NCBI GenBank assembly: GCA_964534625.1
Contig: CAZHRF010000046.1
Span: forward strand, 1 to 22,200
From: an uncultured archaeon
GTDB taxonomy: Archaea; Asgardarchaeota; Heimdallarchaeia; Heimdallarchaeales; Heimdallarchaeaceae
DNA length: 22,200 bases
Reading direction: 5' to 3'
Shown here piece after piece: positions 14,017 to 22,200 of this stretch. Position numbers and translations under genes: made by a program. How positions within the stretch are numbered: position 1 is the first letter of the stretch; every line of letters starts with the position of its first letter. Below the pieces are notes generated by a model. That model searched no databases, had not been told where the DNA came from, and saw only the letters and a list, made by a program, of their open reading frames with translations.

Positions 14017-16923
14017 TTATTGTGCCACATAAACATCATAAACTTCGAAATCAAGCAATATCTCGAAATCACCTATCTGTACGTTAAGCCATCCGTTACG
14101 CATATCTATGTACAAGTTATCTTTTTCTAATTGGTCATTCAATCTGATGCCATTTTCTAAATCCGTTCCAACAAAGGTATGATCTAAGCTGTATTCCAAT
14201 TCAGATGGTAGGTTTGCATTTACATCTGTTTTATTAATGGTTGTGAGATAAATGTTGTATTTGGCTGCATAAGAAAGAGTTAGATATGTTGATGAATCGG
14301 GATCATCAAAATAGATATCACCGCCCCAGTCTAAAAGGGTTATATCGAATGTCAAAGGATTTATCACATTCACGCTTAAATCTACTGTGTAAGATAGAGA
14401 TATAGTTCCTGTCATACTTACTGTAATATCAATATTTATGCTATTTACAATAATTGATTGCACAAATTGCTCCAATCCTATTAGTAAGACAGTTGCATTG
14501 ATAGGTAACTCTAAAGGCGTAATAATACCTGAAAAGTCGCTTGTAAATGTACCTTGTATATCTATAATAACATTATTTCCTCCGACATAGTTGGATAAGA
14601 AGAGCTCTAGGTTAGTTCTATTTACATCAGCTGTAAGTATTCCATCTACTGTGATGAAATTATCTCCTGTTACTAAACTTAATGTGGTAATTGTAGCATT
14701 ACCAATCCTACAATCTAAATAGAATAAGTTCAAGGTTATATTCTCTAGATCAAATGTAAAATCAACAGGATTAACCATAGTTATATTCAATTGTATTTCA
14801 ATTGTATCTGCTGTAGTATTAGATATACCCAATTCATCTATAGATATATCAAAATCCAGATTTGGTAGTTTTACGTCTGAAGTGTATTTTTTAATAATCG
14901 TTTCAAAGATTGCCACATCAACATCAACCGATACACAATCCAAAGATAGATAAATATCATTACCTTGTAAATATTCTGTCAACAATTCATCCAACAATGA
15001 AGCATTGGAAACGGTAAAAGAAACATTCATAACATAGGTTTTAATACCAGGTAACACATTTAGAGTGGGTAATGTAATATTTCCAAGTATATTTTCTCCA
15101 TAGGATGTTTGAAGTTTTAGATTATCAATAGTTACGGTACTACTGGAAGGATTAGTTATATTAACAGCTACCTCGATTGTAAGAGAATCTGTGCTGGCAT
15201 TAACTATCCTTAAATCAATTACCATGATATCAACTGGGCTAATAGGTGGTAATACAATAGCTACTGAATAGCCACTAATTATTGTGCTTAACAGACTATC
15301 ATCTGATGCCAATCCAATAACGGTGATATTAATCTGTGAACCATTAAGATACTCTCCAATTAGTGTATTAATCAAGTTATTATCATCGGGTATTAATTCA
15401 AAAGCTCTAGTTACATTACTGTATCCTGTTTCTAATGTCAAATTAGTTATCTGAATAGTTCCTAATGTTACCGCTTCATCATCCCAATAAACCTCGAAAG
15501 AAGCATTGTTTAATTCCACTTGAACAGAAGTTGGATTAAAGAAAGCTACATCAGCTTGGATAAAAACTGATTCAGTTGTTGAATTCAAAATACCAACATT
15601 ATATACCGATATTTCAAATGTTCCAGAACTTTGAAAGGTTATAACTTGTTGCCACCCGGCTAATAATGAAGAAAGGCTATTTCCCGTTTCTGCTCCTTTA
15701 ACTATTAACTCAATCTTATTTCCGTCTAAATATGTAGATGCAAGATTTTTCAAAACTTGATTATCCTCTGGAGTTAAGGTAAATTCGGTTATGTAGATAT
15801 TACTACCCGATACCAAAACTAATCCAGGTATTACTAAAGTGCCTAGTTTTTGACTCTCATATATTACATCTAACAGTATCTCCGATATATTACCATAAAC
15901 ATTTGTTGGGTTATGAATCGTTATATTGGTATTTCCAACAATTGAATCGGTCAAAAGTTCTTCCAAAGAAAATTGATTCATCTCAACGGTAACTAAGCCT
16001 TCTCCAGCCAATACTGTGTCAAAAGTTATTTGATTTAAGGATTGATCTAGCAATCCTGTAACATCTATTTTATACTGTCCAACAACACTAATTGTGCTGT
16101 TAATATCGTTTAAAAAATTGCTTACAAGTAACTGTGAAGCTGTTAGATTACTAAGCCTAAAACCTAAGTAAGTAAAATAACTGTTAACTCCCTTTTTCAA
16201 TTCTAAGGTTTCAAATGAGATATTTCCTATGAAATTCCCTTCGAAAGTTAAATTGAAGCCTACATTGGTTAGAGTTGCCTCAACCTCAGAAGGATTATTC
16301 ACATCCACATAAACCTTTGTGTTAAGAACAGCATTAAGAGCTTCAAATTTTTTCTCAGATTCTGTTTCATAAGTGTTGTTCAATAATTCTATCTTTGAAA
16401 TTTTCATATCTTTAAAATTATCCATTCCAGAAAGAGTCAACTCTTTACTAACTGCTACATCCGATTTGGCATTGAGTAAGCCTACTTTGGCTTTGATAAT
16501 AGTTTCTCCATCAATTTGTAAAGAAAGAGTTTTTAATGCAACATAATCGCTTACAAAATCATTGAATATTTCTTGAGATATAGGCGTTAAGGTAGTATTA
16601 AGATGAAAAATATTCGATCCTGATTTTAAATCCAGAGCTGGAATAGTAACATGCCCTAGAATGCTTTCACCATAAGTCAAAGACACAGTAAACGCTTCCA
16701 TTTCTGCAGAGCGTTTATCTGGATTTTCAATAGAAATGTTTAATCCCAAATCAAGTGATGAGTTGGTTGTTTCAAGAACGTCAATGGAAATTATATCCAA
16801 AGTTGCTTGTTCTACTGTGTTTTGTATTTGTGTCTTTATTATCACTTGAGCAAATATTGCTCCAATTACAATTAAAGATATAATTGAAGCTACTATAATT
16901 AGTGTTAAATTCTTTTTTTTCAA
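14017..16923 (-). CDS. Type II membrane-anchored protein with seven tandem LEA_2 / DUF3712 (Tag1)-like repeats
   Basis: MKKKN plus one TM helix, then seven ~125-143 aa units of the form hxhxNP-x~16-Y/F-x~4-hG-xh-xh-xxL-xL-xxG(xN)...xxYLxG. Acidic and rich in N-x-S/T sequons. Confidence 0.8.
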   Translation of the reverse strand: MKKKNLTLIIVASIISLIVIGAIFAQVIIKTQIQNTVEQATLDIISIDVLETTNSSLDLGLNISIENPDKRSAEMEAFTVSLTYGESILGHVTIPALDLKSGSNIFHLNTTLTPISQEIFNDFVSDYVALKTLSLQIDGETIIKAKVGLLNAKSDVAVSKELTLSGMDNFKDMKISKIELLNNTYETESEKKFEALNAVLNTKVYVDVNNPSEVEATLTNVGFNLTFEGNFIGNISFETLELKKGVNSYFTYLGFRLSNLTASQLLVSNFLNDINSTISVVGQYKIDVTGLLDQSLNQITFDTVLAGEGLVTVEMNQFSLEELLTDSIVGNTNITIHNPTNVYGNISEILLDVIYESQKLGTLVIPGLVLVSGSNIYITEFTLTPEDNQVLKNLASTYLDGNKIELIVKGAETGNSLSSLLAGWQQVITFQSSGTFEISVYNVGILNSTTESVFIQADVAFFNPTSVQVELNNASFEVYWDDEAVTLGTIQITNLTLETGYSNVTRAFELIPDDNNLINTLIGEYLNGSQINITVIGLASDDSLLSTIISGYSVAIVLPPISPVDIMVIDLRIVNASTDSLTIEVAVNITNPSSSTVTIDNLKLQTSYGENILGNITLPTLNVLPGIKTYVMNVSFTVSNASLLDELLTEYLQGNDIYLSLDCVSVDVDVAIFETIIKKYTSDVKLPNLDFDISIDELGISNTTADTIEIQLNITMVNPVDFTFDLENITLNLFYLDCRIGNATITTLSLVTGDNFITVDGILTADVNRTNLELFLSNYVGGNNVIIDIQGTFTSDFSGIITPLELPINATVLLIGLEQFVQSIIVNSINIDITVSMTGTISLSYTVDLSVNVINPLTFDITLLDWGGDIYFDDPDSSTYLTLSYAAKYNIYLTTINKTDVNANLPSELEYSLDHTFVGTDLENGIRLNDQLEKDNLYIDMRNGWLNVQIGDFEILLDFEVYDVYVAQ
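14356..16730 (-). repeat. Protein-level tandem repeat array (7 units)
   Basis: NP anchors of the units lie near 16721, 16292, 15908, 15533, 15149, 14768 and 14357, spaced about 375-430 nt apart. Diverged at DNA level. Confidence 0.7.
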
Positions 16924-17013
16924 TTTGATCTAAAATAGTCTATCTTTATACCCAAATAAATGCTTCGGAGAAAAAGTATAAGTATGAAAAAACAAATGAT
17001 TTTTTATTGGTTA

Positions 17014-17892
17014 TTATTTTAACTGTTTAATGGTTTCAAAACAAATTTTCTCTTTAGTAATATTAGGAATATTAGGGATTTCGTCACTATAAAATATGAA
17101 TAGCCCATTTCCAAGCATAATCTGAGAAATCTCAATTGCTTTATTGGAATATTTTTTGTAAAAAGCTTTCACTTTTTTTGTAGCCAAATTTGTTTCTAAA
17201 CTAAACCTTTGTGCCAACTTTACAAAATTTGTTACAGTAGGATCTTTAACGAATTCTTGGTTAATTTTGGTACCTGTATAATTAATGGTCTTTTTCCATT
17301 TTTCATTTTTTATAACATGTCCTGTAGGTATTTTTCCAAAAGATGCTGTGGCTATTTGATATTCTTTATCAACTGTCATAGGAAAGGTTTTTCCCCTTCC
17401 TGGGGCTCCTTCGCTTGTTCGGTACTCATAACCACCTTGATATAGCCCAATAATATCTCCCAATCCGCCTCCCCCAAGGATTTCAGCTTGATGAGCAATA
17501 GAAAAAATATCTTGTTTTGGCAGTTTAAGATGATATAAACTGTTCAAACATAAAGAAGTACCAAGCGCACCAGCTGCACTTGCTCCAAAACCAGAAGATA
17601 AAGGGACATCAAAAGAATGAAAAACAGATATGGGTCTAGTTAAATTAAATTGGGAATAAAAGATTTTAATTGTATTGAGACTAACTTCAGCCTGTTTTAA
17701 AGGTATTTCATGCTCATTAAAATATATGTGGTGTTTAGTATCCGAAGAATATTTCACACTAGTTGTAACACCACGTGAAATGTTAAAACCTGCTCCTCGT
17801 GAACCTTTATGCAAAAGGGATGTACTCTCGCTATGTATGGTAAAAAAACCAGTAATATGAGAGGCGACCCACCATGTAGTTATGGTTTTCAT
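17014..17892 (-). CDS. Archaeal pantoate kinase (GHMP kinase family, CoA biosynthesis)
   Basis: SHITGFF, GSRGAG, PLSSGFGASAAGALG (GHMP ATP loop), AHQAEI...GGLGD, GAPG and MLG. TTTAAAT box about 25 nt upstream (17917-17923, - strand). Confidence 0.88.
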   Translation of the reverse strand: MKTITTWWVASHITGFFTIHSESTSLLHKGSRGAGFNISRGVTTSVKYSSDTKHHIYFNEHEIPLKQAEVSLNTIKIFYSQFNLTRPISVFHSFDVPLSSGFGASAAGALGTSLCLNSLYHLKLPKQDIFSIAHQAEILGGGGLGDIIGLYQGGYEYRTSEGAPGRGKTFPMTVDKEYQIATASFGKIPTGHVIKNEKWKKTINYTGTKINQEFVKDPTVTNFVKLAQRFSLETNLATKKVKAFYKKYSNKAIEISQIMLGNGLFIFYSDEIPNIPNITKEKICFETIKQLK

Positions 17893-18052
17893 ACATTGAA
17901 TACAGAAATGAGCGAGATTTAAATTTTATCGTGGCTTTAAAGATTAATGATTATGACTGAGTTAGTATGAAAATAGAGGAAAAAAAGTGCATATGAGAAG
18001 TCACTTATCTCAGAGTGGTGAGAGATACGAAATTACTTTATTATGATAAACA

Positions 18053-20995
18053 TCAAAAATATTTGTTATTTTTCCTTACTAATTTTTTGAATATTTCGAC
18101 AAAGATTAAGCTAAGTGATGTTGCAAAGATAACTATAAGCCAATCACCTAAATTTAATGCAATCAACTCAAAATTTGCTCCAATTGACTCAAATATTAGC
18201 TGTATTTGGGTTATGTACATTAATATTACAAATAGTACAGGTACTAATGTTACACAGAATAATGCAAACAGGCTAAAATCTTCTTTAAACTGTTGGAAAA
18301 GGGACATATTCATTCTTCTTATACTTAATACTATAAAGCTCTCAGAAAAAAGAACTACCGCTAGGTACATTGTTCTAGCTTTGGCATGGTACATGTGATG
18401 TGGATCTAAGAATGAGTTGGATTGATCACTAAAGGTAGGAATAATGCCTGAATAGTTTGTCGTTTTAAGTGGAATAATCCCTGAATACGCAAACAAAAAT
18501 ACAAAACCAGCTGAAAGAGCCATTGAAAGGACCATAATGATTAATACTCCAATGTATTGTTTTGTAAAAATAGATTCATTGTCACGCGATGGATAATCCA
18601 TGATATCTTTTGCTGTTTTATTGAAAATAATAGCTAAAGGTGGGATATCGTGCACTGAAATGATTAGAACTGCACGCTGAATATTGTTTATGAGTGTAAA
18701 GTCTACAATAAAACTACTAATAAAATAGACTAATGCTTCTGCTATATTTATTGAGATGAAAAATAAAACCATTAAACGTATCCTTTCAAATAATCCTCTC
18801 CCTTCTCTAATACCAAGAACTGTACTCACAAAACTATCGTCAGCAATAATTATATCTGAGGCTTGTTTAGCAACATCAGTACCTTCCATACCCATAGCTA
18901 TTCCTACATCTGCTTTAGCAAGTGCCAAAGCATCATTAACGCCGTCACCAGTCATAGCTGTCATTCGATCTTTTTCTTCATATTTTTCTATAATGAATTG
19001 TTTATGTTGGGGAGAAACACGAGCGAAAATACGTGTATTAAAAAACTGTTCCTCAGATAAGTTTTTGATATCTTTTCCTTCAACAGCTTTTTCATTCTTG
19101 CCAATAATACCTACTTTTCTGCCAATAGATTCGGCAGTAAGGCGTGAATCACCTGTTATCATGATTGTATTAACCTTAGCTCTTTGACACAAATTAACAG
19201 AATCCTTAACACCTGGTCTAGGTGGGTCTAACATACATACAAAACCATTGTATACTAAATTATTCTCAATATCATCACGGTTTTTAGAGGTTATTTCTTG
19301 ATCGATTCTATATGCTAATGAAATAACTCGATATCCTACGCTGGCAAACTTATTTGCATAGGTAAGAATTTGTGCTTTCTTTTCTTGGGACAACTTTTCT
19401 ATATTATCTGGGCCACCTACATATGAGCAAAGGTTGAGAACGGTTTCAGTCGCGCCTTTGGTAAACAGATAGTATTTGTTTTGTGATTTGAAGAGTCGGC
19501 TCATACGTTTAATTGAAGAATCAAAAGGATAATCATACACTATTTCAAATTTTTCTTTTATTTTTAATTCTTTTTCTTCTAATCCTGATTTATTAAATAG
19601 AGCTAGAAAGGCACCATCAGTTGGATCACCAGTAGTACGCCATGTTACTTGTTCAGGTCTAGAATCAACATATACTTCCTCCACTATTAACTGAGCGTCA
19701 TTGTTTAGCATTCCCCCTATTAGCAAATGTTCGAGTGAAGTACCTGGAAGAAATATTTTGATACTATCAGGAACATGCATACCATTGGGTTCTAAGGGTG
19801 GTTCAACTGCATCATCGAGAGGATAAATAATACCCTCATTACTATAGCCTTTACCACTTACGCCATATAAAGCATTGGTATCCCAGACACGCTGAATGGT
19901 CATTTGGTTTGTTGTAATGGTGCCTGTTTTATCGGTGCATAAAATAGAACATCTACCAAGGGTTTCTATGCTTGAGAGATTTCTAATTATGACGTTATCT
20001 TTAGCCATTGATAGAGCACCAGTTAATAATATAATGGCTGTAAGGATTGGGATCATAATGGGCATCATGCTCATACCTGTTGTAATAGCATTGACAATCT
20101 CTTCTAAATAATTTTCAAGACTTGATCCTGTTCTTATATGTATAACAGTTTTAAAGGCAATATTACTGATAAGAAAGAGTAAAATAATAGCTCCCAATCC
20201 TTTAGCTAATTCGTTTATTTTCGCTCGAATGGGTATGTCATTTACACCAATTTCTTGTAATTCTTGAGATAAAGTGCCTAATTCGGTGTATGCACCAGTA
20301 TTAGTGCATAAAGCCAGAACTTTTCCTGATTCAATATATGTCCCTAGATAAAGCATGTTCTTTCGTTCAGAAATAGGCGTGTCATTTTGCAAAACTATTG
20401 TCGGGTTGTCAGTTTTTGCTACTGCCCCACTTTCTCCTGTTAATGAAGATTCATTGACTAAACAGTTATAGGCTTGAAGAATTCTCGCATCTGCAGGAAC
20501 TCGATCCCCTTGACTGAGTTGTAAAAGATCTCCCGGTACAACTTCTGTTGCTTTTATTTCTTGTATCATAGCATCTCGGATAACTGTAGTTGTGGGAGCT
20601 GAGAGTCTTTCTAAAGCATCAAGTTTAAATTTGGCACGTATTTGCTGAAAAATAGCAAAAAAGAAGGTAATAATTATATTACCTATCCACATCCAACTTT
20701 GGCTTAGACTTGATGGAATCCAGATGCCTAAAAACATGAGTAATAAACTAAGAATAAGATAGATATTTATTAGCCAGTTAAATAAAGGGGCTAGATAAAT
20801 CTTCCAGATAGAACTTTTAACCAGTGGAATTTCGTTATGTCCATATCTGGCTAACCTACGATCAGCTTCAAATTCTGTTATGCCTATTTTTAGATCTGAA
20901 GAAACAGCATCACATGTTTGTTCAATAGACATAGAGTGAGCAGGAAGCCTTTTTTGTTTTTGTCTTTTGGACACTTTATTCTTAGTTTTTATCAA
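18053..20995 (-). CDS. P-type ATPase, P2A/SERCA-like scaffold with non-canonical transmembrane substrate site
   Basis: VPGD, GDRVPAD, LTGES, DKTGT (phospho-Asp), GDPTD, FDSSIKRMS, KGATE, DPPR, MITGD, FARVSP and TGDGVND. About 10 TM helices. TTG start with GAGGT upstream. M4 reads PIMIP instead of PEGLP. Confidence 0.9.
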   Translation of the reverse strand: MIKTKNKVSKRQKQKRLPAHSMSIEQTCDAVSSDLKIGITEFEADRRLARYGHNEIPLVKSSIWKIYLAPLFNWLINIYLILSLLLMFLGIWIPSSLSQSWMWIGNIIITFFFAIFQQIRAKFKLDALERLSAPTTTVIRDAMIQEIKATEVVPGDLLQLSQGDRVPADARILQAYNCLVNESSLTGESGAVAKTDNPTIVLQNDTPISERKNMLYLGTYIESGKVLALCTNTGAYTELGTLSQELQEIGVNDIPIRAKINELAKGLGAIILLFLISNIAFKTVIHIRTGSSLENYLEEIVNAITTGMSMMPIMIPILTAIILLTGALSMAKDNVIIRNLSSIETLGRCSILCTDKTGTITTNQMTIQRVWDTNALYGVSGKGYSNEGIIYPLDDAVEPPLEPNGMHVPDSIKIFLPGTSLEHLLIGGMLNNDAQLIVEEVYVDSRPEQVTWRTTGDPTDGAFLALFNKSGLEEKELKIKEKFEIVYDYPFDSSIKRMSRLFKSQNKYYLFTKGATETVLNLCSYVGGPDNIEKLSQEKKAQILTYANKFASVGYRVISLAYRIDQEITSKNRDDIENNLVYNGFVCMLDPPRPGVKDSVNLCQRAKVNTIMITGDSRLTAESIGRKVGIIGKNEKAVEGKDIKNLSEEQFFNTRIFARVSPQHKQFIIEKYEEKDRMTAMTGDGVNDALALAKADVGIAMGMEGTDVAKQASDIIIADDSFVSTVLGIREGRGLFERIRLMVLFFISINIAEALVYFISSFIVDFTLINNIQRAVLIISVHDIPPLAIIFNKTAKDIMDYPSRDNESIFTKQYIGVLIIMVLSMALSAGFVFLFAYSGIIPLKTTNYSGIIPTFSDQSNSFLDPHHMYHAKARTMYLAVVLFSESFIVLSIRRMNMSLFQQFKEDFSLFALFCVTLVPVLFVILMYITQIQLIFESIGANFELIALNLGDWLIVIFATSLSLIFVEIFKKLVRKNNKYF

Positions 20996-21030
20996 TTTGA
21001 AACCTCAAATCACTGAACTTAATCTATTGT

Positions 21031-21046
21031 TTTATAAAATTTCTTT
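21031..21046 (-). promoter_or_regulatory. Putative BRE/TATA promoter of the P-type ATPase
   Basis: On the - strand AAAGAAAT-TTTATAAA, about 35 nt upstream of the TTG, followed by a GAGGT ribosome-binding site. Confidence 0.5.
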
Positions 21047-21168
21047 ACTTTTTTTCCCTTAAGAATATTGTTGTGTCCTCCTAAAGAACATTAATACGAA
21101 TTAATCTAAAACGCAGTTAGATGTCTTCTCGGGTCACCCTTTTAAAACTTACAACATATAAATATTAC

Positions 21169-22134
21169 TTAAAGTATTTTTTTTAATTCTAGTAAAGCTA
21201 TTTCAGCAGTTAGTTTATTTTTTTCTAATTTTTGAATCAAATCTGTTAAAGCAGCGTTTATTGGGAGGTTTTTGCTCTGTTCTTTACCTAAATGCACTAT
21301 TTCTGCATTTAGATAGCCTATCTCTGTTTTGTTTCCTCTTTGAATATCTTGTAACATGCTGCACTTGTTTTCTTTAGTTAGCTCTATTACAGTTAGAATT
21401 CTTTTTTTTGTCTCTAACAAAGAAATATTGAGATTATCGGGGACAACTTTTAGTATCTCTAGAATTATTTTTTCTGAGAGTTTTTCTAAAGACTTGTGTT
21501 GAAAGATTTCTCCGTTTGTTAACCCAGTTAAAGCCCCTAGGGGATTGATAACGCAATTAATTATGGTTTTAAGCCAGATAGATCTTTCAATATTAGGAGA
21601 ATATGTGGTTTTTAAGTCTATATTGTTACATAACTCAACCCAATAGCTTGTTTTTTCTTTTTGCTTATGATTTATATGTCCTATCTCTGTTTCTCCTTTA
21701 CCTTTTTCATAGATGTGATCTGTATTTATTCTCGTAGCTCCCATCGATGTGATAGCTCTATTGATAACAAAATCTTTTGATAGATTAAGGAAAGGACGTT
21801 CTATGTTTAACCCGTTTTGCATGAGTAAAAGAGTAGCATTTTCTTCCAGATAAGGTTCAAGGTATGTAGAGACAGTTTTATTATTATAACTTTTTGTGCA
21901 TATAATACATCTATTAAAAATAAATTTCTTAGGTAAATCATAGTATACTTCAGGAGTAAATCTTTTCATATCACTTTTGAGAAGCTTGACATAAAGACCA
22001 TTTTTATTTATTATTTTATATCCTCTCTCAGAGGTAAGACAGATCACAGAATACCCTTTGTTTTTTAGTCTAGCATACAAAATTGATCCTATGGCTCCTA
22101 AACCTACAAGTAAAACTGAATCTTCTTTGCTCAC
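21169..22134 (-). CDS. panE: 2-dehydropantoate 2-reductase (ketopantoate reductase)
   Basis: VGLGAIGS Rossmann motif, CTKSY, MQNGL, IWLKTIINCVINPL, SMLQDI and TEIGYLN. GTG start with AAACTTTTAT about 25 nt upstream. Confidence 0.9.
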   Translation of the reverse strand: MSKEDSVLLVGLGAIGSILYARLKNKGYSVICLTSERGYKIINKNGLYVKLLKSDMKRFTPEVYYDLPKKFIFNRCIICTKSYNNKTVSTYLEPYLEENATLLLMQNGLNIERPFLNLSKDFVINRAITSMGATRINTDHIYEKGKGETEIGHINHKQKEKTSYWVELCNNIDLKTTYSPNIERSIWLKTIINCVINPLGALTGLTNGEIFQHKSLEKLSEKIILEILKVVPDNLNISLLETKKRILTVIELTKENKCSMLQDIQRGNKTEIGYLNAEIVHLGKEQSKNLPINAALTDLIQKLEKNKLTAEIALLELKKIL

Positions 22135-22200
22135 AGTAAAATGTTAAAAAAAGGGACATAAAAGTTTATTCTTAATCATGTATTGCTCTCTAATGTTTTT

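Noticed and set aside
17994-18012. Imperfect inverted repeat TGAGA-AGT-C-ACT-TA-TCTCA downstream of the ATPase
   Set aside because: Short and imperfect; cannot be distinguished from chance or a weak terminator.
1271-20111. Small overlapping or antisense ORFs in the track (1271, 3441, 3469, 3887, 5269, 6349, 11267, 11655, 12378, 13836, 17209, 17675, 18015, 18756, 18863, 19896)
   Set aside because: All lie within or across well-supported genes and have no motifs; they are shadow ORFs.
1-22200. CRISPR arrays, tRNA/rRNA, IS elements, prophage or defence genes
   Set aside because: No regularly spaced DNA repeats, no GC-rich structured RNA segment, and no transposase, integrase or nuclease motifs seen. 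Intergenic gaps are all about 220 nt or less.

Overview
AT-rich, gene-dense window that appears archaeal. The evidence is an archaeal pantoate kinase, BRE/TATA-like boxes about 25 nt upstream of apparently leaderless starts, and GAGGT/GGTGA ribosome-binding motifs; an Asgard/Heimdallarchaeia-like host is a guess only. Left half (224-10594, + strand): a purine/ureide catabolic cluster of hydantoinase (HyuA/HydA-like), a GNAT, SsnA, a stand-alone YgfK/PreA-like FMN oxidoreductase with 2x[4Fe-4S], a threonine-synthase-like PLP enzyme and xanthine dehydrogenase XdhA-XdhB-XdhC. It resembles a remodelled bacterial anaerobic urate-degradation cluster (ygeWXY-hyuA-ygfK-ssnA-xdh). Right half: an M32 carboxypeptidase, two unknown membrane proteins (one 7TM with a Lys in TM7), a 968-aa membrane-anchored protein made of seven LEA_2/Tag1-like repeats, pantoate kinase, a P2A-scaffold P-type ATPase whose ion-binding PEGLP motif is replaced by a flippase-like PIMIP, and ketopantoate reductase. 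No tRNA, rRNA, CRISPR array or mobile element was seen. All family assignments come from motif recognition by eye, not database searches.
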